DNA from: Eledone cirrhosa
Taxonomy: Eukaryota
DNA: 64,000 nucleotides
Reading direction: 5' to 3'
NCBI GenBank assembly: GCA_964016885.1
Contig: OZ024740.1
Coordinates: 326,120,001-326,184,000 of the forward strand
Part shown: positions 1 to 13,800 of the stretch, piece by piece
Layout: the number at the start of each line of letters is the position of its first letter
Position numbering within the stretch: position 1 is the stretch's first letter
Program-made: the position numbers and the translations under genes
Notes under the pieces: model-generated
Database searches by the model: none
What the model saw: the letters and a program-made list of their open reading frames with translations, nothing else
What the model was told of the DNA's origin: nothing

Positions 1-430
1 GCCCAGGGTACTTGTATAAGTATATTTCATTTTAATCAAAGGGTTCATCGGGGGCACAAAACCGCCGCTGAAACTTTACCTTCGATTTATATGCAATTTA
101 AACCATAGGTAAACAAGATATGATGCCTATTCACATCATTTCAGCAAATTTCAATAAAATTACAATACCCTAATGGGGGTTAAACTGCCTATTAGGGTTC
201 ACCAGGGGGCGCAAAATCCCCGCTGAAAATTTTTTCGGTTCGATTTATATGCAACTTAAACCATAGATAAATGAAGAGATAAGATGCCTATTCACAAAAT
301 TTCAATACTATAAGACACCTTAATGGTGGTTAAACCCTCAATTAGGGTTCCCCGGGGGTACAAACCCCTGCTGAAAACTTTTCCCTTTCGATTTATATGA
401 AACTTAAACCATAGGTAAATGACAAGATAT
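1..430. repeat. ~150-bp tandem repeat, about 3 diverged units
   Basis: The motif gggggc/g-caaaa-ccccgctgaaa...ttcgatttatatgcaa-ttaaaccataggtaaa recurs at ~50, ~205 and ~354. Confidence 0.75.
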
Positions 431-1041
431 GGTCCCATCCGGGAAATGGCCATGCTCAGTGTGTAAGAAAGGAGTAGGTAGAAACTCCATTTTATGTCCC
501 AAATGCAAAGTATGGGTGCATAAAAGATGTAGTGGGATCACAGGTAAGCTAACTAAGAATTATAGATTTTATATGTGGCCGGTGCTCTGGTGCAATAAGT
601 AGCAGCAAGTGCCCACAGAATACTAGCTCATTCCATTGCACAGATGGTTCTATAGAAATAGTGGACACCTTCCGTTACTTGGGTGACAAAATCAGCAGTG
701 ATGGAGGGTGCTCTGAAAGTACAGTAGCTAGAGTCAGAACTGGATGGAAAAAGTTCAGAGAGCTTATACCACTATTAGCCGCTAAAGGGTTCTCCCTAAA
801 AATGAAAGGCAGGCTGTATGATGCCTGTATACGAACAGCAATGTTACATGGCAGTGAGACCTGGGCATTGTGTGCAGAGGATATATGCAGACTGGAGAGG
901 AACGAAGCTTGCATGCTCCGCTGGATGTGTAATAGCAATATACGTGAACAGCAGAGCATAAACGAACTAAGGGAAAAATTAGAAATAAGAGGGATCAGAT
1001 GTTTACTCGAGAGAAGACTACGTTGGTATGGTCACGTGTGG
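431..1041 (+). mobile_element. RTE-clade LINE ORF2 fragment (Cys-rich insert plus RT C-terminal region), frameshifted and truncated
   Basis: Translates to VPSGKWPCSVCKKGVGRNSILCPKCKVWVHKRCSG, then after a frameshift FRYLGDKISSDGGC...GWKKFREL...KGRLYDACIRTAMLHGSETW...RRLRWYGHV. These are typical RTE RT C-terminal motifs. Confidence 0.85.
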
Positions 1042-2253
1042 TCACAAAAAAAAAAAAAAATGCCAAATGAAAATTTGTCACACTAAAATCAATAGCTTGG
1101 TGTGATGTAGTATGTTGTGGTTTGGAGAAGTTTCTACAAAGATAGTCTTTTTCGACAGGTTTCCATGTCATAATTATTGATATGTGAAAAAAAAAAGTAA
1201 ATTGGGAACATCTTTAATGTCAGATTGGGTAGTAAGCACACAGAAAAAAAAATGTTTCACACCAAGATCAATAGCTTGGTGCGATGTAGTATGGTGTAAC
1301 TTGGTATGGTTTGGTTTGGTGAAGTTATGAAATGGAAACCAATTGTAAACGAAAGATTCCCATGTCATATTCATTGATAATGTGTAGGAAAATAGTCATT
1401 TGCAAGCACCTTTGATGTTAGTTTGAGGTGGTAAGCACAAAAAAAAAAAAAAAAAAGCAGGTAGCAAATTTGTCACATTAATGTCCATGTGATGTAAAAT
1501 GGTAGGAGTAGGTGTTCTGTAATAAATTTACCATAGAGTGAAGTATGGTTATGGTGACGTATATGGTGTGGATTGAGGTAGATTAATGTGATGTGGTGTG
1601 CTTTGTTATAAGTGAGGATTTAAATTTCCACTTTGATTTATGTTAGAAAAAAAAATTTTCCTTCATTTTTGCATGTTATCAACTTCCAAGAAGCTCGCAG
1701 TGGACTATGCTTTTAGCATATTAACAGAAAATATGACTTCTGCTGCAATAAAAAATGACTAGCTTTGTAAATGGCATTTCCACCCACATCCTCCCTCTTT
1801 TTTCTACAAAGCTAGTCATTTTCGACAGTTTTCCATGTCATAATTATTGATAATATGTGCGAAAAATAGTCAATTGCAGCACCTTTGATGTCAGATTGAG
1901 TGGTAAGAACACACAAAAAAAAAAAAAAGAAACAGGAAGAAAATTTTTCACACTGAGATCAAAAGCATGGTGTGATGTAGAATGGTGTAGTTTGTTGTGG
2001 TGTGGTTTGGATTGTTGTAGTTATGACATGGGCACCTATTGCAAATGATAGGTTTCCATGTTATGTACATTGATAATGTGTAAAAAAATAGTCATTTGTG
2101 AGCACCTTTGATATCAGATTGGGTGGTAAGCACACACAAACACACAGAAGAAAAAAAAACAGGAAGAAAAATGTTCTCACTGAGATTAATAGTATGGTGT
2201 AGTTTGATGTAGTTTAATGTGGTATGGTTTTCCAAACTCCAACATGCTCACAG

Positions 2254-2558
2254 CATCATCATTTTACGTCCACTTTTCCCTGCTTGCAAGGGTGAGACGG
2301 GAACTGATTCTGGCTTGATTTCTACAGCTGGATGCCCTTCCTAACACCAACCTCATTTACAGTGAGTGCTGGGTGGTTTTTGCAGTGGAATGATAGGGAC
2401 ACCAGTCCCTATCATCTCATTTCTACAGCTGAGTAAACTGGAGCAATGTGAAATAAAGTGTCTTGCTCAAGGAAACAACACACCACCTGGTCTGAGAATT
2501 GAACTCACAACCTTTCGATTACAAGGCCAATGCTCTAACGACTAAGCCATGTGCCTCC
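2254..2558 (-). mobile_element. tRNA-derived SINE with CORE-like central part and RTE-like (ATG)n tail
   Basis: Minus strand reads ggaggcacaTGGCTTAGTCGttagagc... (A box), GAGTTCAATT (B box), then ccttgagcaagacact, then ...gttaggaagggcatccagctgtagaaa...ggacgtaaaatgatgatg. Confidence 0.8.
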
Positions 2559-3085
2559 ATTACCATATTAACAACAAATATGACTTTCACTGCAATCAAA
2601 AATGACAAGCTTTGTGAATGGTATTTCCACCCACTTTCCGCCCTCTTTTTTCTACAAAGCTAGTCATTTTCTACAGGTTTCAAAGTCTTCATTGATAATA
2701 TGTGCAAAAAATAGTTAATTGCGAACACTTTTAATGTCAGATTGGGTGGTAAGCAAAAAGACAAAAAAAGCAGGAAGAAAATTTTTTACACTGAGTTCAA
2801 TAGCATGGTGTGATGTAGTATGGTGTAGTTTTTTATGGTGTGGTTTAGTTTGGTGTAGTTTGGTATGGTTTAGTTTGGTGTAGTTATAACATGGAAACCT
2901 ATCATAAATCTACCAAGGTATGGTATAATCTGGTTTGGTGTAGTGTAGGTTAGTGTAGTGTGGTATGTTATTGTGTTGCATCGTATAGCGTGATTCTCTT
3001 TAAATTAAAATCATTAAAATGTAATGCCTATCTTCTATATCTTAAAGAGTGACCTTAAATGTGATTGCAAATGACTTTTTTCTCT

Positions 3086-6000
3086 GGGTTAATGTTAGAT
3101 TTAGGGTTAGTGTTAGGGTAAGTTTTACTGTTAATGGTAAGTTTATTGTTAGTGACTGTGTTACTGTTAGCATTACTGTCACTGTTAGCATTACTGTCAC
3201 TGTTAGTGTTACTGTAACTGTTAGTGTTACTGTAACTGTTACTCTTACAGTTACTGTTTGCGTTACTGTCTGCATCAGCGTTAACATTTGCATAAGCGTC
3301 TATGTAAGCTTTTGTGTTAGTGTCTATGTAGACTGGTGTTAGCATCTGTGTTAGTGTTTGCATAAGTGTCAGCATGTATGTCAGCATTTGCATCAGCGTC
3401 TGCATTGGTGATAGTGATTGTGTCAGCATTTCCCTTAGCGTCTGAGTCAACATTAGTGTTAGCATTAGTGTTTGTTTCAGTGCCTACGTCTACGTCAGCT
3501 TCTGAGTCAGCATTATCATTAGCGTCCGCGTCAGCATTTGCATCAGCGTGCACGTCAGCATTTGCGTCAGCGTTTGCATTTGCGTCAGCATCTGCATCAG
3601 CATTCACATTAGCATTAGCGTTTGTGACAGCATTTCCTTTAATGTCTTTGTCAGCATTTCCGTTAGCGTCTGTGTCAGCGTGTACGTTAGCTTCTACATC
3701 AGCGTTCCCGTGAGCATCTCTGTCAGTGTTTCCGTTAGCTTCTACATCAGCGTTTCCGACCGCATCTGTGTCAACGTCAGTATTTACATCTACATCAGCG
3801 TCAGCGTTTCAGTTAACGTCAGCGTTTACGTTAGAGTCTGTGTCAGTGTTTACGTTAGCTTCTACGTCAGCGTTTCCGTAACGTCTACGTCAGCGTTTTC
3901 CGTTAGCATTGGCGTTTCCATTAACCTTTCCTGTGGCGTCCGCATCATTGCAGCGTCTGCATATCCCATGTAAGCGTTAACTTCAGCATTTGCGTCAGCG
4001 TTAGCGTTAGCCTTAGCCCTAGCGTCCGCATCAGCATTTGCGTTAGCGTCAGCATACACGTCAGCGCCGGCAAAACTGCCTCAACATTTGCGTCAGCGTT
4101 AGCTTGGCTTTGGCTTCAGCAATCCGCATCAGCAATTGCGTTTTGGAGATCAGCTTCGGCGGTAAGGGTAAACGCTAACTTCTACGCCTGCTTCTACGTA
4201 ACAACTACGTCAGCGTTTTGTTAGCTTCTACGTCAGTGTTTACGTTAGCTTCTACATCAGCATCTACGTTAGCTTCTACGTCAGCGTCTACGTTAACATC
4301 TACGTCATCGTTTACGTTAGCTTCTACATCAGCATCTACATTAGCTTCTACGTCAGCGCTTACATTAGTGTCTGTGTCAGCGTTTGTGTTAGCTTCTACG
4401 TCAATGTCTGTATTTACATCTACATCAGCGTCAGCATTTACATCAGTGTTTACGTTAGCTTCTACGTCATCGTTTACATTAGCGTCTGTGTCAACGTGTG
4501 TTAGCATCTGTGTCAGCGTTTATGTTAGCGTCTGCGTCAGTGTTTATATTAGCATCTGCGTCAGTGTTTACGTTAGCATCTGTGGTAACGTGTGTTAGCG
4601 TCTGTGTCAGCGTCTGCGTCAGCATTTTCATTAGTGTTTGCATCAGTGTTTCCTTTAGCTTCTACGTCAATGTTTACGTCTGCGTTAAGGTTCACATTAG
4701 CATCGCTGTCATCGTTTGTGTCAGCATTTGCGTTTGCTTTAACATTTGCATCAACATTTGCGTCTGTGTTTGCATTTGCTTTTTTGATATCAGCGTGAGC
4801 ATTTGTGTCAGTGTCCACGTCAGCGTTAGAGTCTGTGTAGCATTTACATCAGCGTGTGCGTCAGAGTCTTTGTCAGCATTCACCTGCACGTTAGTGTTTG
4901 TGTCTGCGTAAGCGATTTTGTCAACATTTGCGCTACCGTTTGTGCCAGCATAGCCATCTTCGTCAGTGTCAGCTTTAGTGTTAGTGTTTCCATTAGTGTT
5001 CGTGTAAGTGTTTGATTTTGTATTAGTGTTAATATTTTTGTTAGTGTTAGTGTTCAGGTTAATGTTAACTTAGTTTTCTGGTTAGTGTTATTTTTTATGG
5101 TAGTGTTAGTGCTCAGATCAGTGTTACTGTTTATGGTAGTGTTAGTATTAGTGCTAGTGTTTAGGTTAATGTTAGTTTTAGTGTAAGTGTTCAGGTTAGT
5201 GTTAGTGTTCAAGTTATGTAAGTGTTAATGTTAGTTTTAGTGTTAGAGATTGTGTTAGTGTTAGAGATTGTGTTAGTGTTTGTTTTAATATTTGTGTTAG
5301 TATCTCTGTTAGCATTAGTGATTGATGTTTCCATTAGTGTTAGTGATTGTGTTAGCGTTAGTCTTTGTTTTTGTGTTAATGTTAGCATTAGTATTTCTGT
5401 TAGTGTTAGCATGAGTGTTTGTGTTAGTGTTCAGGTTAATGTTAGCTTAGGTTTCAGGTTAGTGTTAGTGTTCAAGTTAATGTTAGTTTTAGTGTTAGAG
5501 ATTGTGTTTGTTTTTGTGTTAATATTTGTATTAGTATCTCTGTTAGTGTTAGTATAAGTGTTCAGGTTAGTGTTAGTGCTCAAGTTAATGTTAGTGTTAG
5601 TGTTAGAGATTGTGTTAGTGTTAGTATTTGTTTTTGTGTTAATATTTGTGTTAGTATCTCTGTTAGCATTAGTGTTTGATGTTTCCATTAGTGTTAGTGA
5701 TTGTGTTAGCGTTAGTTTTTGTTTTTGTGTTAATGTTAGCGTTAATGTTAGCATTAGTATTTCTGTTAGTGTTAGCATTAGTGTTTATGTTAGTGTTCAG
5801 GTTAATGTTAGCTTAGTTTTCAGGTTAGAGTTAGTGTTCAAGTTAATGTTAGTTTTAGTGTTAGTGTTGAGGTTAGTGTTAGAGATTGTGTTAGTGTTTG
5901 TTTTAGTGTTGAGGTTAATGTTAGCTTAGTTTTCTGGTTAGTATCAGTTTTCGTGTTAGTTTTAGTGTTAGTGTTGAGGTTAATGTTAGTGTTTTTTTTA

Positions 6001-7130
6001 GTGTTAGTGTTACTGTTAGTGCTCAGATCAGTGTTAGTGTTTGTGTTACTGTTTCTGGTAGTGTTAGTTTTAGTGCTAGTGTTTAGGTTAATGTTAGTTT
6101 TAGTGTAAGTGTTCAGGTTAGTGTTAAAGTTATGTTAGTGTTAGAGATTGTGTTAGTGTTTGATCTTGTGTTAATATTTGTGTTAGTATCTCTGTTAGCA
6201 TTAGTGATTGATGTTTCCATTAGTGTTAGTGATTGTGTTAGCGTTAGTCTTTGTTTTTGTGTTAATGTTAGCATTAGTATTTCTGTTAGTGTTAGCATGA
6301 GTGTTTGTGTTAGTGTTCAGGTTAATGTTAGCTTAGTTTTCAGGTTAGCTAACACAGTGTTCAAGTTAATGTTAGAGATTGTGTTAGTGTTAGTATTTGT
6401 TTTTGTGTTAATATTTGTGTTAGTATCTCTGTTAGCATTAGTGTTTGATGTTTCCATTAGTGTTAGTGATTGTGTTAGCGTTAGTCTTTGTTTTTGTGTT
6501 AAGGTTAGCGTTAATGTTAGCATTAGTATTTCTGTTAGTGTTTATGTTAGTGTTCAGGTTAATGTTAGCTTAGTTTTCAGGTTAGAGTTAGTGTTCAAGT
6601 TAATGTTAGTTTTAGTGTTAGTGTTGAGGTTAGTGTTAAAGATTGTGTTAGTGTTTGTTTTTGTGTTAATATTTGTGTTAGCGTTAGTGTTTGTTTTAGT
6701 GTTGAAGTTAATGTTAGCTTAGTTTTCTGGTTAGTACAGTTTTCAGATTAGTGTTTGTGTTAGTGTTACTTTTAGTGTTAGTGCTCAGGTCAGTGTTAGT
6801 GTTTATGGTAGTGTTAGTTTTAGTTCTAGTGTTCAGGCTAATGTTTTTGCTAATGTTAGTTTTAGTGTAAGTGTTCAGGTTAGTGTTTGTATTAGTGTTT
6901 ACGGTAGTGTTAGTTTTAGTGCTGGTGTTCAGGTTAGTGTTAGTGTTCAGGTTAGTGTTTGTGTTAGTTTTCTATTTAATGTTAGTTTTCAGATTTTGTG
7001 TTTGTGTTAGTTTTCATGTTAGCGCTAAGTTCACTGTTAGAGCATGTGTGAGTGCAAGTGTTAGAGCATGTGTGAGTGCAAGTGTTAGGGTAAGTGTTAT
7101 TTTTAAAGTTCGGTTTTAGCTTAAAGTTAG
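3086..7130. repeat. Degenerate hexamer array (GGGTTA/GCGTCA/GCGTTA grading into GTGTTA) with higher-order repeats
   Basis: 6-bp periodicity throughout. It generates the spurious TV/AS/LV dipeptide ORFs. Confidence 0.9.
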
Positions 7131-9980
7131 GTTTTCTACTTTCCAGGAAAAAAGTTGATCCTCTCTAACTTGAGTGGTGTGATATAGTGTGGTAAAGTAT
7201 AGTGTTTCATAGTCTTGTGTGGTGTTGTCTATTGTTGTATAGTGTAGTATGGTATATTGTTTCATAGCATGGTCTGATGTGAGGTCGTACAGTGTTTCGT
7301 AGTGTGGTGTTGGATAATGTGGTATGGTATAATGTTTGTCAGTGTGGTGTGGTATGGTATAGGTTGATGTAGTGTGGCTTAGTTTGATTATAATAATACA
7401 AATAATAATAATAATAGTAATAGTAATAATAATTGTTCTTCTTGTTCATTTTCTTTGTCTTCTTCTGTGCCTTTGTTTTCTTCTGTGCCTTTGACTGCTT
7501 CTGTGCCTTTGACTTCTTCTGTGCCTTTGACTTCTTCTGTGCCTTTATCTTCTCCTCTGCCATCTAAATACCAAAAACAAAGAATGTAAAACATATATGT
7601 TGCCTATCTCTCAGACTTTACAAAGTGCTGAGGAGATAAAGTTAATTTAAAGAGCAGTGTGCTCATGCACTGTGGTCCTATAATGTAGCTTATAAGCTAT
7701 TTCATAACTAAAAAACAATGTCAAACATCAACAAAAGTATATACAAATATCTTTGAATGTTTAAGTTAAACCTAAATAGATCGTATCTACAGGTCATTAG
7801 GTTAAGACTGAACTAAGATCATATCTATAAATCATTAGGTTTAGACTGAACTGAGATCATACTTTCTTCTTCTTTTCGTCATCTTCGTTTCCCGTGTCTT
7901 CTTTGTTGTTGTTGTCATTTTCATTTTAGTCGTCTGCTTCGTCGTCTTTTTCTTCTTTTCCATGTAAATATAAAAAAAAATTGTAAACAAATATATAGCT
8001 GATCACTCAGACTTTCACGAAACACTGAGGAGATACAGTTAATATAACGAGTGGGGAGCTCATATATATATATATATATATGGTATAGCATGGTGTTATG
8101 TGGTCTGATGTGGTGTGGTATGATATGGTGAGGCGGGGGGGGGGGGGGGGGGCACAACATTAGATTAATGTTAACAATACACGTGTAGCATCCACATGTG
8201 GTGAGAAGGGGGAAACAGTGTTTAACTAATTTTAACATTACATGTAGCATCCATCTACAGGTGATTAAGTTAAGACTGAGGTGTAATCATATGAAAAGGT
8301 CAATTTAAAACTACAGTGAGATTCTGCTTAAAATGATGGTCAATGAAGTGTTTACTTACTCAGATCCTTGTAAATGGTGGGAGTAGGTGTTCTGTAATAA
8401 ATTTACCATATAGTGAAGTATGGTTATGGTGAATTTATGGTGTGCATTGGGGTAGATTAATGTGCTGTGGTGTGCTTTGTTATAAGTGAGGATTTAAATT
8501 TCCACTTTGATTTATGTTAGAAAAAAAAATTTTCATTCATTTTTGCATGTGCTATCAACTTCCAAGATGCTCGCAGTGGACTATGCTTTTAGCATATTAA
8601 CAAAAAATATGACTTCCGCTGCAATAAAAAATGACTAGCTTTGTAAATGGTATTTCCACCCACATCCTCCCTCTTTTTTCTACAAAGCTAGTCATTTTCA
8701 TCAGGTTTCCATGTCATAACCATTGTTAATATGTGCATAAAATAGTAATTTGCGAGCACCTTTTATGTCAATTGGGTGGTAAGCACAAAGAAAAAAAAAA
8801 AAATGCCAGATGAAAATTTGTCACACCAAAATCAATATCTTGGTGTGATGTAGTATGGTGAAGTTTCTACAAAGATAGTCATTTTCAACAGGTTTCCATG
8901 TCATAATTATTGATATGTGAAAAAAAATAGTCAATTAGGAGCACCTTTAATGTCAGATTGGGTAGTAAGCACACAGAAAAAAAATCTTTCACACCAAGAT
9001 CAATAGCTTGGTGCGATGTAGTATGGTGTGGTTTGGTTTGGTTTGGTGAAGTTATGAAATGGAAACCAATTGTAAACGATAGATTCCCATGTCATATTCA
9101 TTGATAATGTGTGGGAAAATAGTCATTTGCAAGCACCTTTGATGTTAGTTTGAGGTGGTAAGCACAAAAAAAAAAAAAAAAGCAGGTAGCAAATTTGTCA
9201 CATTAATGTCCATGTGATGTAAATGGTAGGAGTAGGTGTTCTGTAATAAATTTACCATAGAGTGAAGTATGGTTATGGTGACGTATATGGTGTGGATTGA
9301 GGTAGATTAATGTGCTGTGGTGTGCTTTGTTATAAGTGAGGATTTAAATTTCCACTTTGATTTATGTTAGAAAAAAAAATTTTCCTTCATTTTTGCATGT
9401 TATCAACTTCCAAGAAGCTCGCAGTGGACTATGCTTTTAGCATATTAACAAAAAATATGACTTCTGCTGCAATAAAAAATGACTAGCTTTGTAAATGGTA
9501 TTTCCACCCACATCCTCCCTCTTTTTTCTACAAAGCTAGTCATTTTCGACAGTTTTCCATGTCATAATTATTGATAATATGTGCGAAAAATAGTCAATTG
9601 CAGCACCTTTGATGTCAGATTGGGTGGTAAGAACACACACACAAAAAAAAAAAGGAAACAGGAAGAAAGTTTTTCACACTGAGATCAAAAGCATGGTGTG
9701 ATGTAGAATGGTGTAGTTTGTTGTGGTGTGGTTTGGATTGTTGTAGTTATGACATGAGCACCTATTGCAAATGATAGGTTTCCATGTTATATACATTGAT
9801 AATGTGTAAAAAAAAAGTCATTTGTGAGCACCTTTGATATCAGATTGGGTGGTAAGCACACACAGACACACAGAAGAAAAAAAAAACAGGAAGAAAAATG
9901 TTCTCACTGAGATTAATAGTATGGTGTAGTTTGATGTAGTTTAATGTGGTATGGTTTTCCAACCTCCAACATGCTCACAA

Positions 9981-10291
9981 CATCATCATCATCATTTTAC
10001 GTCCACTTTTCCCTGTTTGCAAGGGTGGGACGGGAACTAATTCTGGCTTGATTTCTACAGCTGGATGCCCTTCCTAACACCAACCTCATTTACAGTGAGT
10101 GCTGGGTGGTTTTTGCAGTGGAATGATAGGGACACCAGTCCCTATCATCTCATTTCTACAGCTGAGTAAACTGGAGCAATGTGAAATAAAGTGTCTTGCT
10201 CAAGGAAACAACACACCACCTGGTCTGAGAATTAAACTCACAACCTTTCGATTGCAAGGCCAATGCTCTAACGACTAAGCCATGTGCCTCC
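9981..10291 (-). mobile_element. Same SINE, duplicated copy
   Basis: Near-identical to 2254-2558. Confidence 0.8.
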
Positions 10292-10818
10292 ATTACCATA
10301 TTAACAACAAATATGACTTTCACTGCAATCAAAAATGACAAGCTTTGTGAATGGTATTTCCACCCACTTTCCGCCCTCTTTTTTCTACAAAGCTAGTCAT
10401 TTTCTACAGGTTTCAAAGTCTTCATTGATAATATGTGCAAAAAATAGTTAATTGCGAACACTTTTAATGTCAGATTGGGTGGTAAGCAAAAAGACAAAAA
10501 AAGCAGGAAGAAAATTTTTTACACTGAGTTCAATAGCATGGTGTGATGTAGTATGGTGTAGTTTTTTATGGTGTGGTTTAGTTTGGTGTAGTTTGGTATG
10601 GTTTAGTTTGGTGTAGTTATAACATGGAAACCTATCATAAATCTACCAAGGTATGGTATAATCTGGTTTGGTGTAGTGTAGGTTAGTGTAGTGTGGTATG
10701 TTATTGTGTTGCATCGTATAGCGTGATTCTCTTTAAATTAAAATCATTAAAATGTAATGCCTATCTTCTATATCTTAAAGAGTGACCTTAAATGTGATTG
10801 CAAATGACTTTTTTCTCT

Positions 10819-13800
10819 GGGTTAATGTTAGATTTAGGGTTAGTGTTAGGGTAAGTTTTACTGTTAATGGTAAGTTTATTGTTAGTGACTGTGTTACTGT
10901 TAGCATTACTGTCACTGTTAGCATTACTGTCACTGTTAGTGTTACTGTAACTGTTAGTGTTACTGTAACTGTTACTCTTACAGTTACTGTTTGCGTTACT
11001 GTATGCATCAGCGTTAACATTTGCATAAGCGTCTATGTAAGCTTTTGTGTTAGTGTCTATGTAGACTGGTGTTAGCATCTGTGTTAGTGTTTGCATAAGT
11101 GTCAGCATGTATGTCAGCATTTGCATCAGCGTCTGCATTGGTGATAGTGATTGTGTCAGCATTTCCCTTAGCGTCTGAGTCAACATTAGTGTTAGCATTA
11201 GTGTTTGTTTCAGTGCCTACGTCTACGTCAGCTTCTGAGTCAGCATTATCATTAGCGTCCGCGTCAGCATTTGCATCAGCGTGCACGTCAGCATTTGCGT
11301 CAGCGTTTGCATTTGCGTCAGCATCTGCATCAGCATTCACATTAGCATTAGCGTTTGTGACAGCATTTCCTTTAATGTCTTTGTCAGCATTTCCGTTAGC
11401 GTCTGTGTCAGCGTGTACGTTAGCTTCTACATCAGCGTTCCCGTGAGCATCTCTGTCAGTGTTTCCGTTAGCTTCTACATCAGCGTTTCCGACCGCATCT
11501 GTGTCAACGTCAGTATTTACATCTACATCAGCGTCAGCGTTTCAGTTAACGTCAGCGTTTACGTTAGAGTCTGTGTCAGTGTTTACGTTAGCTTCTACGT
11601 CAGCGTTTCCGTAACGTCTACGTCAGCGTTTTCCGTTAGCATTGGCGTTTCCATTAACCTTTCCTGTGGCGTCCGCATCATTGCAGCGTCTGCATATCCC
11701 ATGTAAGCGTTAACTTCAGCATTTGCGTCAGCGTTAGCGTTAGCCTTAGCCCTAGCGTCCGCATCAGCATTTGCGTTAGCGTCAGCATACACGTCAGCGC
11801 CGGCAAAACTGCCTCAACATTTGCGTCAGCGTTAGCTTGGCTTTGGCTTCAGCAATCCGCATCAGCAATTGCGTTTTGGAGATCAGCTTCGGCGGTAAGG
11901 GTAAACGCTAACTTCTACGCCTGCTTCTACGTAACAACTACGTCAGCGTTTTGTTAGCTTCTACGTCAGTGTTTACGTTAGCTTCTACATCAGCATCTAC
12001 GTTAGCTTCTACGTCAGCGTCTACGTTAACATCTACGTCATCGTTTACGTTAGCTTCTACATCAGCATCTACATTAGCTTCTACGTCAGCGCTTACATTA
12101 GTGTCTGTGTCAGCGTTTGTGTTAGCTTCTACGTCAATGTCTGTATTTACATCTACATCAGCGTCAGCATTTACATCAGTGTTTACGTTAGCTTCTACGT
12201 CATCGTTTACATTAGCGTCTGTGTCAACGTGTGTTAGCATCTGTGTCAGCGTTTATGTTAGCGTCTGCGTCAGTGTTTATATTAGCATCTGCGTCAGTGT
12301 TTACGTTAGCATCTGTGGTAACGTGTGTTAGCGTCTGTGTCAGCGTCTGCGTCAGCATTTTCATTAGTGTTTGCATCAGTGTTTCCTTTAGCTTCTACGT
12401 CAATGTTTACGTCTGCGTTAAGGTTCACATTAGCATCGCTGTCATCGTTTGTGTCAGCATTTGCGTTTGCTTTAACATTTGCATCAACATTTGCGTCTGT
12501 GTTTGCATTTGCTTTTTTGATATCAGCGTGAGCATTTGTGTCAGTGTCCACGTCAGCGTTAGAGTCTGTGTAGCATTTACATCAGCGTGTGCGTCAGAGT
12601 CTTTGTCAGCATTCACCTGCACGTTAGTGTTTGTGTCTGCGTAAGCGATTTTGTCAACATTTGCGCTACCGTTTGTGCCAGCATAGCCATCTTCGTCAGT
12701 GTCAGCTTTAGTGTTAGTGTTTCCATTAGTGTTCGTGTAAGTGTTTGATTTTGTATTAGTGTTAATATTTTTGTTAGTGTTAGTGTTCAGGTTAATGTTA
12801 ACTTAGTTTTCTGGTTAGTGTTATTTTTTATGGTAGTGTTAGTGCTCAGATCAGTGTTACTGTTTATGGTAGTGTTAGTATTAGTGCTAGTGTTTAGGTT
12901 AATGTTAGTTTTAGTGTAAGTGTTCAGGTTAGTGTTAGTGTTCAAGTTATGTAAGTGTTAATGTTAGTTTTAGTGTTAGAGATTGTGTTAGTGTTAGAGA
13001 TTGTGTTAGTGTTAGAGATTGTGTTAGTGTTTGTTTTAATATTTGTGTTAGTATCTCTGTTAGCATTAGTGATTGATGTTTCCATTAGTGTTAGTGATTG
13101 TGTTAGCGTTAGTCTTTGTTTTTGTGTTAATGTTAGCATTAGTATTTCTGTTAGTGTTAGCATGAGTGTTTGTGTTAGTGTTCAGGTTAATGTTAGCTTA
13201 GGTTTCAGGTTAGTGTTAGTGTTCAAGTTAATGTTAGTTTTAGTGTTAGAGATTGTGTTTGTTTTTGTGTTAATATTTGTATTAGTATCTCTGTTAGTGT
13301 TAGTATAAGTGTTCAGGTTAGTGTTAGTGCTCAAGTTAATGTTAGTGTTAGTGTTAGAGATTGTGTTAGTGTTAGTATTTGTTTTTGTGTTAATATTTGT
13401 GTTAGTATCTCTGTTAGCATTAGTGTTTGATGTTTCCATTAGTGTTAGTGATTGTGTTAGCGTTAGTTTTTGTTTTTGTGTTAATGTTAGCGTTAATGTT
13501 AGCATTAGTATTTCTGTTAGTGTTAGCATTAGTGTTTATGTTAGTGTTCAGGTTAATGTTAGCTTAGTTTTCAGGTTAGAGTTAGTGTTCAAGTTAATGT
13601 TAGTTTTAGTGTTAGTGTTGAGGTTAGTGTTAGAGATTGTGTTAGTGTTTGTTTTAATATTTGTGTTAGTATCTCTGTTAGCGTTAGTGTTTGTTTTAGT
13701 GTTGAAGTTGATGTTAGCTTAGTTTTCTGGTTAGTATCAGTTTTCAGATTAGTGTTTGTGTTAGTGTTACTTTTAGTGTTAGTGTTCAGGTTAGTGTTAG

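Larger units (their letters stand above)
1043..8369 (+). repeat. Tandem segmental duplication, copy 1
   Basis: Near-identical to 8783-16964, with an offset of 7733 bp in the hexamer region (ORF 3042 vs 10775). Both copies end at ...ttacttactcagatcctt. Confidence 0.92.

Noticed and set aside
2480-2558. tRNA gene
   Set aside because: The A and B boxes belong to a SINE head that continues into core and tail sequence, and no proper acceptor stem is visible.
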